Source of the DNA: the human T2T-CHM13v2.0 reference genome, Homo sapiens
Direction: 5' to 3' (one strand)
NCBI RefSeq assembly: GCF_009914755.1
Contig: NC_060930.1
DNA: 64,000 nt
Below, one piece after another: positions 1-19,385 of this stretch. Below the pieces are notes generated by a model. That model ran no database searches and was not told where the DNA came from. It saw only the letters and a program-made list of their open reading frames with translations. Made by a program: the position numbers and the translations under genes. Each line of letters begins with the position of its first letter. Positions within the stretch are counted from its first letter, which is position 1.

Positions 1-469
1 GTTAAATTATTTTCATATCTCTTTTCAATCTGTCTTCTCAGACTGGATAATTGATTAGTTTACTTGTATTTTCAATTAGGTAGTATAAGTTGCAGCTGAA
101 AATGAGTGACTCCTTAGAGTTTTTAAGATATAGGCAGGCTTTCACATCTTTTTAAATTCTCTAAATAGTTCAATTAAACCCTTAAGCCTAAAAAATCCCG
201 TAGTTTACAAAATTAAACTTTTTTTTTTCCTGTAGTCATTATGCTTGCTTGCAAATCAATATTTGCAAATCAAGTTTAGATTTAGTATGGGCGTGGTGGG
301 GAATCCAAGGTAAGAATAAGCATTTTGGTGCCACAATGTTTAAAAAAAATTTTTTGAGTTTATTCAACTAGCATATTTTAAAAATACATGTTTGGCTTAC
401 AAATCCAAAGAAAATTATTAAAGCACTCTATAAATATGAGGCAAAGTAGGGTGGAAAAGTGGAGAATAA

Positions 470-630
470 GGCACTAAGCTTTGCAATCCATACCTCTAAT
501 AAAGAGACATGATGGGAGAATATGATCTTACCACCCTGAAGCCTGTCTGTACAAATTTTAAGCAAGTTTTTCAATCTCCCTAAACCTCAGTTTTCTCATT
601 TATACGGGGATGATGCTTCGAGCTTTGTCA
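470..630 (+). mobile_element. MIR SINE fragment
   Basis: Core-like caagtttttcaatctccctaaacctcagttttctcatttatacggggatgatg; boundaries approximate. Confidence 0.55.
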
Positions 631-959
631 CCTCATATGGTTTATAATTCCAATAACTTCACTCATTTCCATGTCTTACTGAATGCATAATAAAGTTGAA
701 AACATTTACTAGAAGTTGGTCTTATGTAAATAAATAACATGTTTTAGAATCCTTTTTCTGGATATACATTAAAAATGTAAGAACCAAAATTATTTTGTAC
801 TATATATTATTACTTAGGTTTAGTCTCATAAGAATTCTAAATATTTCAAAATATGGGTCATTATTTTGTTTCATTTCATGACACTCATATTTTTTCCTAA
901 ATCCCTTTGTTGTAGAGGAAGACATGAATTCACTTTCACTTCACTAAAGTCTAAAGCTA

Positions 960-3900
960 GAAATCCTTACGCCACTCCCAGCCTCCCAGATTCCCACAAT
1001 CCTAGCCACAGAATTGCCACTCAACCCTCACCTCACGGGCCCTGAGACTAACATAGGGAGCTACCTGGACACTGAACAACAACACTGCTCTGGAAAAGGA
1101 GCTCATGCTTGATCCCATACACCCCTTAAGTCCTAAGCAGCTGCAGCAAAGTGCCATTTTGAGATCCTAGCCCTCTCCACCCTGCATTCTGCTAGAGGCT
1201 CAACAGACCCTGCACCTCCACATCCCCAGAGCTTCATTCACTTCCACAACACGCACCCACCACCACAGCTGGGTTGCCACCAGGGTCACAGTGGGAATCA
1301 TTTGTAACAACCCCACTTCCCTCAGCAGCAGACCCACTACACATCTTCATGCGCCCCAAGAGCAGACTCTCCCACCTCCAGCGGCCACCGCTGTAGGCCA
1401 CTGCTGCTGGAGCTAAAGTAAGAGCAGAGTGCTTGCTCTTCACCTGCTTGCCTTTGACTGTTGTCACTGAAAGTAACCCGCCCTCCCCTGTAACAGGGCT
1501 GCAGCATGGCCACAGCCATCCCCACCTGGGCATTCCACCAGAAGCCTAGGGATAGCTCCTCCCCTGCCTATTACAGCGAGTGCCTATACACACCACCTAG
1601 GGGGCCGAGGACACCTGGGGATTGCCCAGCCTGGCCCACTATCATTGGCACCTGGACATTTATCTTGAGGAACTGAGGTCAAGCCCAGCCAACCTGTCAC
1701 TATCACCACAGCTGGCACCCCCCATATGCACCAACTGTGTGACTGGGGACTGGTGCAAAAGCTCATTGCAGCCACCACCAATACCAGCATAAACTGCTTG
1801 GGAGTCATAGTGTTGTCATGCCACTGCTACTGCCATTGCCTGTGCCACATCTACTGCTCACAAACCCAAAGACCCACTCACCCAACTGGCTCACTGGCAC
1901 TACCATAACCCAGGAAAGCTGCCTGGAGACCCAAGAATTAGCCAACCTGGACTCACTAACACCAGTGCCATTATATGCCTCCTGTGGACCCAAGGATGAC
2001 CATGCTCAGCCTGCTGCTGCCACTATTGAGGCCTGATGACTGGTCCACCTGGCATCTTCATTCCCATAAAAACTTCACCATGGCCGCTACTAACCATACC
2101 TTAAGCCACTGGGGAAATCAATGATTCCACTGTCACTGTTTACAGCTGAAGAAATCACATGGAGACTTCCCTACTGCCTGCACCCACAATTAGAACCAAA
2201 GTGCCCTATCCAACCAACACTATTGATACATCTTTGGGAAAAAGCCCTCCCCTATGAAAGTAAATTCAAGAAATTGGAAAAAGCAACTGTTACACCAGAT
2301 GAGCAGGTATCAATGTAATAACATACACACAAAAAGAAAGGAAAGGAAAGGAAAAAGGGAAGGGAAAGTGGGGAAGGGAAGGGAAAGGGGGGAAGGAAAG
2401 GGAAGGGAAGAGAAAGGAAGAAGGGAGGGAGGAAGGAAGGACTGACAAGGAAATATGACACCTCCAAAGGAATGCAGCAATTCTCCAGCAACAGATTTCA
2501 ATTAAAAAATTCAACAAGTCCCAGAAAAACAATTAAAAATCATGATATTAAAGAAGCTCAATTATATATAGGAGAACTCAGAAAAATGATAAAAAGACAT
2601 TTTTAAAAAATCAGTATACAAATGAGCAATGTACCGAATAGATATCATAAAAAAGAACCAAACATAAATTCGGGAGCTAAAGTATTCATTGAATGAAATA
2701 TAAAATATGTTCATAAGTTTTCAATAATGCACTAGATCAAGTGGAATAAAGAACTTTAAAGCTTGAGACAGATCTTATGCAATAACCCAATCAGAACAAT
2801 AATTTTTAAATAATAAAGCAGAATGAACAAAACCAATGGTACATATGAGGCATCACAAAGTGACCAAATATTCAAATTTTCAGTGCCCTAGAAGGAGAAG
2901 AGCAAACAAAAGGGAGAGAAAACCTATTTAATGAAATAATAGCTGGAAACTTCCCAGGTCTATCCAGAGATTTAGACTTACAGACACAAGAAGCTCAGAG
3001 ATCCCCAAATAGTTACAATTCAAAAAGTTCTTCTCTATGGCACAATTAGAGTCAAATGTGAAAAGTCAAAAAGAAACAATTCTAAAAACAGCAAGAGAAA
3101 AGCCTCCAGACACTTATAAGAGAATCCCCACCAGACTAAACAGATTTCTCAGCAGATGTCTTACAGGCCAGGAGAGACTAGAAGGATATATTCAGAGTGC
3201 TGAAAGAGAAAAACTGCCAGCCAAGAACAGTTTACTCAGCAAAGTTTTCCTTCATATGAAGGAGAAATAAAATCTTACCTAGACAAGCAAAAGCAGAAGG
3301 AATTAATCACTAGACTGACCCTACAAGAAATACTTAAGGAAGTCCTACGCCTATAAGTGAAAGATGATATCTACACTCATGAAAACACATGAGAGCATAG
3401 AAGCCCCTGGTAGAGTAAACACACAAATAAGGAAGAGAAAGGACTCAAACGTTACCACTAGAGAAAAGCACCAAACCACAATGATAAACAATAAGAGAGA
3501 AAGGAATAAACGATATACAAAAACAACCAGAAATCAATTAATAAAATGGTGAGAATAAGACCTCACTATCAATAACAACCTTGAATATAAACAAATTAAA
3601 CTTTCCACTTAAAAGATGTAGAAGAGCTGAATGGATATACAAACATAACCCCATTAGTTACATGCTGCTTACAAGGAACTCAACTCATAAAGACACATAC
3701 ACACTGAAAGAAAAAGGACGAAAGAAAGATATTTCATGCAAATGGAAACCAAAAGCAAGTGGGAGTTACTATGCTTATACTATACTTATATCAGACTAAA
3801 CAAACTTTAAGTCAAAAACAGTAAAAAGAGACAAAGAAGGTCATTATATAATGATAAAGGGACCAATTCAGTAAGAGGATATATCCATCTAAACATATAC

Positions 3901-5136
3901 ACACAGCACTGGAGCACTCAGACACATAAAGCAAATATTAGATCTAAAAAGAGAGGTAGACTTCAACACAGTAATAGTTGGAAACTTCTACACTCCTCAG
4001 AATTAGACAGATCATCTAGACATAAGATTAACAAAGAAACATGCAATTTAAACTGCAAGTTAGACCAAATGGACCTAGCAGATATTTACAGAACATTTCA
4101 TCCAATGTGTACAGAATACACATTCTTCTCATTAGCACATGCAACATTCTCCAGAATAGACCATATGTTAGGATGCAAAACAAGTCTTAACAAATTTTTT
4201 AAAATCAAAATTACATCAAGTATCTTCTCAGACCACAATGAAATGAAACTGGAAATCAATAACAAGAGGAAGTTTGGAAACTATACAAATACATGGCTAT
4301 GATTAAAAAGTCAGAAAAATAGTAACAGATGCTAGTGAGGATGCAGATAAAAGAGAACTCTTACACATTGTTGGTGGGAATGAAATTAGTACAGCCACTA
4401 CGGGAAAAAATACGAAGATTTCTCAGACAACTAAAAATAGAAATACCATATGATTCAGCAATTTCACTACTGGGTAGTTACCCAAAGGAAAAGAAATCAG
4501 CATATCAGAGGAATACCTGCATGTTTATTGCAGCACTGTTCACAATCGTGAAGGTATGGAATCAACCCAAGTGTCCATCAACAGACAAATGAATAAAGAA
4601 AATATGATAAATATACATAACGGAATAGTATTTTGCCATAAAAAAAGAACAAAATCTATATTATTTGCTGCAATATGGATAGAACTAGAGATCATTAAGT
4701 AAAATAAGCCAGGGACAGAAAGACAAATATTGCATGTTTTCACCCACATGTGGTCGCTAAAAATGTAGATCTCATGGAGATAAAGGGTAGAATGACAGAT
4801 ACCAGAGGCTGTGAATGGTGTGGAGGGCGGGTCGGCATAAGAATGAAGAGAGGTTCGTTCATGGGTACAAACATACAATTAGATACAGTTATATAGGAGA
4901 AAAAAGTTATGATGTTTGACAGCAGAGTATGGTAACCATGTTTAACAACAAAACACTGTATATTTCAAAATAGCTAGAGGAGAGGGCTTGAAATGTTCCC
5001 AAGACATAGAAAAGAAAAATACTCGAGGTGATAGAGTTCCCAAACATCCTGACTTAATCATTACATACTCTATGCACGTAACAAAGTGTCACATGTACCC
5101 CATAAATAGGTACAAATATTATGTATCAATAAAAAA
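960..5136 (+). mobile_element. Old L1 (L1MA-type): 5' UTR, ORF1 remnant, ORF2 endonuclease remnant, large internal deletion, 3' end
   Basis: ORF1-like KETILKTAREK (3037-3270); EN-like MDLADIYRTFHP...FSRIDHMLG (4069-4302); C-terminal CMFIAALFTI..WNQPKCPS; L1MA-type end gtacaaatattatgtatcaataaaaaa. Confidence 0.9.
2331..2441 (+). repeat. Purine simple repeat (GGAAA/GGAA)n inside L1
   Basis: About 110 nt almost purely A/G, seen directly. Confidence 0.95.
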
Positions 5137-5151
5137 GAGAAATGAAAAAAA

Positions 5152-5284
5152 TAAAATTCAATTCCTCTTGCATCAGCTACATTTAAAATTTCCAATAGTC
5201 ACGTGTGCCTACTGTCTACCTTATCGAACTGCCCACACAGAGGACTTTTCTATCAATGCCGAAAGTTCTACTGGACAACATTGG
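5152..5284 (-). mobile_element. MER3-like hAT DNA transposon fragment
   Basis: aattcctc...aatagtcacgtgtg...gaaagttctactggacaacattg resembles the reverse complement of MER3. Confidence 0.7.
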
Positions 5285-5431
5285 TACGAGATGTTAAACT
5301 GTTTGATTTTCTAACTAATATGTATACTTCTTTGTAATAGATGAGTTTCTAAAAATATATAGAGTTTGTTTAGTATCATAATGAAACTCTAAATGCAAGA
5401 AGATAATTGGTTATGTAGAGAAAAAGTTTCC

Positions 5432-5530
5432 TATTAGACTCTACGCTCCATGAAGTCAGACTATGTAATATTAATCACTGCATTCCCACAACCTAGTAGA
5501 GTATCTAACACACAGTAGGTGTTCATTATT
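5432..5530 (+). mobile_element. L2 3' end fragment
   Basis: tagactctacgctccatga...cctagtagagtatctaacacacagtaggtgttca. Confidence 0.6.
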
Positions 5531-6794
5531 TTTTACATTATTTTGTTGCATTTAGTCACTTTTGTGGTGAAAAATTACTGTTCAAGCATAGTAAAACTTC
5601 ATGTACTTAGCACAAACCAAATAGAATTTACAGTTATCTAACTAGAGAGGTTGAAATTTATAGATGAGCTCTGAAAAAAGCATTTACAAAGCAAATTAAA
5701 AATCATATTATAAGGTACTTGACTTCTTTAAAAGATTAAAGTGGCTAAATGGTTTCAGGGACTTTAACATCTCTATTTGGAAAGAGTTAGTTACAAATGC
5801 CCCTTCAATTAAAATTGACCTTAAGGGATCCTATTTGGCAAGAGTTCCTTACCGGTAATCCTTCTAATTATAATAACACAAAATATTTAGAGTTAAAATA
5901 GTCCATAATACAGCCATCCCTAATTTAGATTGACCTTTCCACAAATACTCTTATTACTGGAATTTTGCTGAATGAGCTAGCTATTTTACCACATCATTTA
6001 TTCTGTCACTATCCTAAAGATAAATAGAAAACAGTTAAAGTCTTAGTTGAATACTGCTTAATAATTTAAGGAAACAGTCTTTGATCATTATATAAAGGAG
6101 TGCAATCATAGTAGGCAATAGGAGTAAGGCAGAGTGCAGTAATGAGAATGCCTGGCTGTACAAATTAGGGCAGCCTCATCCAGTAGCTGTTGATTTGCAG
6201 CGTTTGTTGAGCACAGTTCCAGTTCTGAGAATGCTTGCTAAGTAATTAAATAAGTCCATGACTCTAAGGAGTTTTTATGTCTAGTGAGTTCCGTTGTGTT
6301 TGCCTGTCCAACGTCAGTTCCCATTTCTGCTAATAGCACCCTGATTTTGCTTTGATGATCTGATTTGCTCACATTTTAAGGCAGTCTTGGCAGAAAAGCT
6401 CAATGTCCCACCTGCAAATGAGGAGATGGCATCCTTAAACAAAACTAAGTTTAATCCTAAGCTCTCTCCATGAGATTTCCATCTTCAGCAAAATAATACA
6501 GAACCTGAAAAGAATAGATATTTATTCTTCTCAGTTAAAATGTCCAAGGAAGATGCTTCGTTATTAGCTCTATGCATACATCCCTGGACTTTTCCCATCT
6601 TGACTTTTTGAGACTGGTTCTTCATTTTTACCTCTGATTCTTTCAGCCACCCCATATTTTTTTTTACCAACTCCCTTTTATATAATTTAACTAGAAGATT
6701 ATTCCATTTTACACAACCAAAGAACATTCATGCCATGTCTGTCAGGAGGATTGCTAATTAAAAACAATTGTAATGCAATGTCTAAAATTCTAGG

Positions 6795-7164
6795 TGTAAG
6801 AATTCACAATAGCGATGCCATTTTTCTACCTTGGTAACTGTGTTTCCTACCTTGGTGACGGTGTTCCCAAAACCAAAGCAAAGGTCAATCTCACCCATAC
6901 CCTTAACAGAGCTTAACAACCCTGACCACAACAAAGCCTGACTGGCCCTTATCGCATCCTTCCCCAGGCCCCTACAGTGTCAGCGTGCCAGCGCTTCCCC
7001 AACCCCTCACCTATAGAAACAGTATTATAAAACCTCACCTTGTAAGCTGTCAGTGTCTCAGCCAGATTCCTGACTGGGACCCCTAGCAGGCTTATTCTTG
7101 TAAATAAACCTGTTTAGCCATTGATTTGCCTTCTCTCTCACTTCCTTCCTTTAAAAAATCTTCC
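6795..7164 (+). mobile_element. Solo LTR, family uncertain; its last 5 nt (taaca) lie at 10398-10402 beyond the L1/Alu insertion
   Basis: TG start, TATA-like tattataaaa, AATAAA near 7103, pyrimidine-rich U5-like end, CA terminus restored when the insertion is removed. Confidence 0.55.
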
Positions 7165-10090
<2,926 letters not shown>

Positions 10091-10098
10091 AAATTTCT

Positions 10099-10490
<392 letters not shown>

Positions 10491-10949
10491 GTAACAAATC
10501 AAGCACACTCAGTAGGGTCTCCTCTTACAAAGATTTGGCAGAAATTACCTACAAAAACAAATACATATATATATTTAAAGGACAAACATATCATAATATT
10601 AGAATATAATAAATAGCACCACTAGAAAGACTAAAATTTTGAGGAACACTGGAAGATAGAAAATACATGAGGTTGAGTTGATAGAGGAACAGGAGGAAAG
10701 GAAATCTCAGACAACAACTACTATAGAATTGTAAGTAATTCCAGAAATAATCCGAACTCAAAGTAAAACAAGAACAAAGACCTGAGTCAGCCTTGAGGTG
10801 ACCAAAGGTTATTAACTGAAATATTGATTTATTAAAGTTGGGGCAGGCAAGTTCTCAGTTGGCAGAAGGAATCTTGCCCTGGGCTTAATATTTTAAGAAA
10901 GATGCTAGTACAGGGACGGTTGGGATTATTGAGGAATTGTACATAAATT

Positions 10950-11410
10950 CTCCACAAATTTAAAAACAAAATAAAAAGGAAAGCATGGGAAGAACCAGCT
11001 AAGGTATTTTTGACACAGAAAACTCTAAGAAGAGGCCCTTACAATAAAAAAGAAGATATTGTAATCAGAGAAAAGATAGATAATGATTTTCTGCAGCTAA
11101 AAGAAGATAAATCTTTAGACTGAATCCTCTGAGCGTCAAAGAGATTAAACTAAAAGATAAAGAGAAAATCTCATAACATGGTAAAATTTCAGATATTCAT
11201 AAATCCAGGGATAAGAAAAAAAGTATCAAACCTCCCACGGGAAAAATGGAGTTTCACAAAAGAATGAGTATTAGAGGCCATCAAAATTACTCAGTCGCAG
11301 TGGGAAGGAGAAGGTAATAAAACACACCTGAAATTGTGAAATTAAATTATTTTAAACCTAGAATTCAATGTTCAACCAAACTAGCACAGAAGTATGTGAA
11401 ACAATTTTTC
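10950..11410 (+). mobile_element. Ancient L1M/HAL1 ORF1-like fragment
   Basis: A-rich degenerate ORF1-like phrases (ttttaaacctagaattc...accaaacta). Confidence 0.45.
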
Positions 11411-11424
11411 AATATATCCTTTCA

Positions 11425-11580
11425 GTTAATAAATACTTACTGAGTACTCGCCTATTACATTCTAGGCGGTCTGGGAGGTCTTGGGCACATATCTGTAAAC
11501 AAAATATATAAAACGTCCTGCCTTCATAGAGCTTGCATTATAGTGGGGAACAATAAATAAGTAAAATATGTAGTATATTA
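11425..11580 (-). mobile_element. L2 fragment
   Basis: aataaatacttactgag...cctgccttcatagagcttgcattatagtgggga. Confidence 0.6.
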
Positions 11581-11617
11581 CATATTTGTTTCAATTACTC
11601 CGGCACACGACAAATTA

Positions 11618-13757
<2,140 letters not shown>

Positions 13758-13759
13758 TA

Positions 13760-14014
13760 GGCCAAACCTCAGTGACAGAATAATGGCCATTTATCATACT
13801 TACGGATTCCGTCAGGAAATTGGATAGGGCACATCAGGGACAGCTTGCTTCACTCCCTGACATTTGAGGCATCAGCAGAAGAGGGCTAGAGACTGGAGTC
13901 CTCTGAATGCTCACTCATTCATGCCTGGAAGTTGATGCTGGTCATCTGTTCTGACCTTAACTGGGAATTCCTACATGGGCTCTTCCTATGTGGCCTGGGC
14001 TTCTTTCCTAACAT
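13760..14014 (-). mobile_element. Old MaLR LTR (MLT1-type), host of the Tigger1; short remainder at about 11585-11617
   Basis: acaaatta|ccaaacctcagtg continuity across Tigger1; ggaagttgatgctgg and ctatgtggcctgggcttc phrases. Confidence 0.55.
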
Positions 14015-14341
14015 TGCTGGAGCCCAGAACATGATAATCCCAAAGTATGGCACCTTGGCATATTGAAAATTTTAAGCTGACGAAAGTTGAGAAAACTGCA
14101 GAATCAGGAAAGTCACTCTGATTTTCTCCCACCTTTCTCCCCTGAAGCGGGCCATAAAATAATTCTCTGAACTACCTACAGATTCTAAGACCCTATTTCC
14201 AGAGGGATCCTGACCTATACCCAAAGACCCAGATGAATCTGAACAGGCCTTGCTAAGTTTACCCTAGTTTATTACCATTCGATCACACCTTTTGGCCTCT
14301 AATCATACTTGTGCACAACTGGCCATGAAAATACATTTTTC
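14015..14341 (+). mobile_element. ERV1 LTR, MER39/MER34 group, 3'-truncated
   Basis: cccaaagtatggcaccttggcatattg...aacaggccttgctaagtt. Confidence 0.7.
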
Positions 14342-14648
<307 letters not shown>

Positions 14649-15011
14649 GTCTGATTATAGACTAACCAACTTGAGGTAGTCTCTGTAATATTGCAGCTGG
14701 GTCTCCAAGATTATCCCAAGATTAGCCACCAAAACTTCTAAGTAGGCACACAATTAGATACTATCATACAGTTAGATAAAGGTGCATGGTGAAAAGGAGA
14801 GTATGGTAAGAAAAAGAGGGATGTGTTGTTTCAAATAAAGTATATTCCAAGGCTATAAGACTTAGGAGGAAAAAAAAATGTTTCTGTAGTAAACTTCAAG
14901 GTTACATCTTGAGACTAGAGAGAAAGAGAGAAGGGAAAAAATGTTTCATGGTGCATTTTCAGGCTAAACTGTTCATTTACAAAAGTACTGCACTATATAT
15001 ATGTATATATA

Positions 15012-15296
15012 TTTGAGACAGAATCTCTGTCACACAAGCTAGAGTGCAGTGGCACAATTATAGGTCACTACAGCCTCAAATTCCTGTTCTCAGGCAATCC
15101 CTCCCTCCTCAGCCTCCCAAGTAGCTGGGACTACTACAGGTGAGTACCACTATGCCCATTAATTTTTAAATTTTTTTGTAGAGAAAGTGTCTCCCCATGT
15201 TGCCCAGGCTGGTCTCGAATTCCTGAGCTCAAGTGATCCTCCCACCTTGGTCTTTCAAAGTGCTAGGATCACAGGCATGAACCACTGTGCCCAGCC
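15012..15296 (-). mobile_element. AluJ
   Basis: ggtcactacagcctcaaattcctg, tcctgagctcaagtgatcct. Confidence 0.88.
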
Positions 15297-16421
15297 CTGT
15301 ACAATATTTTTGTAGAGGAGAGCAACACTGGTTATTTTATGACCTCATTTCCACTAGATCTTTGGTACACTTTCCAAAACCTGGGAACTTCTGTTGTTAG
15401 TTAGCCTCAATTTGTTTTTGAATAATGCAATACTTCCCTTGTCACATCCCTTAATTAACTGCTGAAACAGAAAACAACGTGTGTTACTTTATACTTTGAT
15501 AGCCACCATTATGAAATCCTTCATTTGATATCGATAAGCCAATATCTGTAAAATCAAGGTCAACTTTTGAGTATGCTATTGATTTGAGCAAGTACTCATT
15601 AGAAATAGGACATGTATCAAGTCTGCGTCAAGGCAGGGGTTGGACCATAGAAGTCCATAGGACAAAGTCACTCTTCTTCAGCAACTAAGTTCAAGTAGGA
15701 ATGAGATATGATTCACATATGAGTTCAGGTACAGTCATATACTCAACTAACTAGAAGGCACTGACAAAATGTTGTCAGGGAGATAAGAAACCATGATAGT
15801 GCACAAATGGGAACACTATATGTTCATATTTACTCAACATCAAGGTATAGACTCTTTTCTTTAAAAATAAAAACTAGATACACAGAAAAAGGAAGCCTCG
15901 AGGGACTCTCATCACCTTTCACAGGAGTGGTCCCCATACCCTCACCCCTCCACACCCTCACCCCTCACCCACTTATAGTTTTCTCAGCTTCTTCATCCAT
16001 CCCCTTCCTGGAACATTATCTTTCCCCATAATATTGGTAGAGAGGTTGTCTTTCTGAAGAGCTGTGAGGGAAATAGTGGCAGAGAAGCACACATCAACAT
16101 TTATTGAGTGCCTGCTGCAGACTAAGGGAACAGGCACTGTGTTTAGTGAGGGAACTGGAGGACCCACATCTACAAGGAGGTCAGGACATGGTAATTCATA
16201 CAATAGCACTGAATAAAACCAGCAGAACCCCAAATAGAGACTGCACGGGTCCTGCAAGAAAAAGTCCTGGGATCTGAACTCTGGATTCTAGCTGCAAATG
16301 CAAACTGGAAAATATGTGCTGGGACACAAGTTGACACTGAAAATCATTAGAGAAGGCGAAGCTAAATTAATCATGCTTGGCACAACTGCCGTGCCTCAGG
16401 ATGATTGAAAGGAGTACTATG

Positions 16422-16831
<410 letters not shown>

Positions 16832-17099
16832 GAGTACTATGGCTTGTTGGCTAAGATCAGTGAGTACCATGCAATGCTGAATTGGGCACAGCTGTGGAGT
16901 GTACTACAACACGTGTACTCTGAATCTCATTGATCCAGGTAGGTGCACCTCCTTCGGCACCTTACAAGGTCTGGTTGGAATCCAGTTGCTCTAGGATGTG
17001 AAATATACACAGAAGCACAGAGCTGTAGTGGATAGTGGAGCAGAAGTAAGTGTGCAACGTCCTGTGCTTTATGAGCTCTCTTGTCTCACAACGAACACA

Positions 17100-17880
17100 T
17101 TCCTAAAAGATATTCAATAAAGGAATATACAGATGACTTATAAAACATGAAAAGATGCATATTCTCACTCCTAATAAGAAAAAAGTAAATTAAAACTAGA
17201 CTGAGGTACTATTTTGCACCTGTTGGACTAGCCAAAGAAAGTTCAAGGAAAGACAATAAACAGTGTAAAGAAACAGGCATGCTTAGACACTGCTTAGAGA
17301 AAAATAAATTTATATAGTTTTTATGGAGTGCAGTTTGGTGATATCTATTAACATTAATCATATTAAAAGGACATTTCCTCCATGCAACACTTCTAGAATT
17401 TTTATCCAATCAATCTCCATGCAAGCGTGTAGGAAGTTATCCCTTGCCACAATGCTTTCATAGCATAAGCACCCTAACAACCAGCAATACCAGGTTAATA
17501 AAATAAATTATGCCATATTAAACATTGGGATACTATACAGTTCTAAAAAAGGAGTACAGTACTGGCATAAGAAAATCTGATATAGGAAAATCTGTTACAC
17601 ACATTTCATAGAACAACACATATGTTATCTTTTCTGTAAAAATGAAGAAAAACAAATATTTACATTTACACATATACAAATAAAGAAATTCTAGAGAAAT
17701 ACACATCAAATTAATAGGTGGTTAGATTAGGTGTGGGACTTTTTTTGGTGAGGGGGTTGGGTTGTTTTGTTTATTTTTGTTTTCAAAGGGACAGAACTCA
17801 ACTGATGGGAAAGAGGGACTTTCATTGTACAGTTTTTAAGATATTTGCACATGTGAATATATTACTTACATAAAGAATTA
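17100..17880 (+). mobile_element. Ancient L1ME 3' region
   Basis: aaacatgaaaagatgc...aaattaaaacta...cacttctagaatttt; tgggatactatacag. Confidence 0.65.
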
Positions 17881-18191
17881 AGTAAATGGATTTTTTTAAG
17901 TTACAAGTATCTGTAGCTATGTAGTGGACTAGAAGCAAAATTGAAACATGAGGTTGCATGGTTCCTTCTGACACCTGTCAAACCTGGCTATCAGGAAAAA
18001 GTATCATTTGTTCAGAAGGCATCTGTGTTCCTCAATCTTGTCTTGACAAATTCTTAAAAGATAAGTATTTTGTCCAAGTCTGTTCCAGGTGAAAAATTCC
18101 ACATGATTTTGTGAAGGTTTGCATAATGTTATTATCCTTCTTTTTATCATAGTGATTTTAGTAATTTTTAGTTAGTTTGTCCTGGTGCGTA

Positions 18192-18676
18192 TGATGGAGA
18201 GCAGGCAAGCCCCAAATTGGGGCTTAGTCCAGGAGGGTTCCTGGCTTCGCTCAGAAAAGAATTCAAGAGTGAGCTAGTGTTAGAAGGAAACCGCTTTACT
18301 GAGGCAGCAGTGTTACAAGCTCTGTGACTGCTCCTGCAGAGCAGGGCTACCCTATTGGTGGTGTTTGCAGAGTAGCAGCTCAGAGGCAGTTCTGTAGTCA
18401 TATTTACACCCACTTTTAATTTCATGCAAACTAAGGGGCAGTTTATGCAGAAATTTCTAGAAAAGGGTGATAACTTCCAGGTCATCGAGTCATTTCCATA
18501 AAAAGGGGTGGTAACTTCTGGGTATTGCCATGGCAATGGCAAACTGACATGGCACACTGCTGGACATGTCTTATAGAGAGGTGCTTCTGCCCCTTCCCTG
18601 TTCTGTTTTAGCTATTCCTATATTTGGTCCAGTGACTGAGCCCCACCTCTGCAGTTGAGTCCTGTGTTCTACTTCA
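18192..18676 (-). mobile_element. MER66 solo LTR (ERV1)
   Basis: ccccaaattggggctta and gccatggcaatggcaaactgacatggcacact; TG..CA ends; 4-bp TSD cgta/tgta. Confidence 0.8.
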
Positions 18677-18869
18677 TGTACTGTGCATGCAAAAGTATTC
18701 AGTCACTTACAGTGATAAGCCTGAGCAAAACACTTTAGCATCTACCTGGAAATGTCCAATAAAATGGGTACACAAATGTGGAATTATGGGGAAAGCTTTG
18801 AGTAGAAATATATATTTGAGATTCATCCATGTTTAAATGGTACTTAATTCATGCAATTGGATTAAATCA

Positions 18870-19385
18870 CTGTCTGAGCCTGGATTCCCTCTGAAAAGAC
18901 CCTGAAACCAGGGCTTATTGACAAGTTGTTTATTCAAGAGGCAGTTCTAGGAAAGAGGATAAAAGACCATGAAGAACAAATGAAGGAAGGAAAAAGAGCC
19001 AATGCAATCATATATTATCAAGTAGATCACTGACTCGGGCAATAGGAGCTTGATTCCACTAGAATCTTCTGAAAATCATTTGAAGTGTTTCACAGTATTG
19101 TCTCATTTGAGGACTGACCAGGAGAAAGGTTTTTCTATCAGCTCCAATGATTGAGGAGTCACCCACAGGGCTTAACTCACCAGGACTTCCAGGCTGAGCC
19201 TTTGCACCTAATAGGCAGGTGCCACCCCCAGGTTAGGAGAAGCCTCAGGCAGAGATTATAAAGGAGGTGAGAGCTGCAGCCTGAAGTGAGTAGAAGCCTG
19301 CACATGGACCTCTTTGCCATAGTCCTGGCTAGAATCCTAAATAAGGCTGGCAGGAAGTAAAGCAGATCACACAGGACCCCTATGA
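18870..19385 (-). mobile_element. Ancient ERVL-type LTR (LTR16/LTR33-like) within L2 remnants
   Basis: gaccctgaaaccagggctt...caagttgtttatt; L2-like phrases on both flanks. Confidence 0.4.

Noticed and set aside
2252-2532. Overlapping low-complexity ORFs
   Set aside because: Artefacts of the stop-free purine repeat; the same applies to 16616-16880 and 54199-54808
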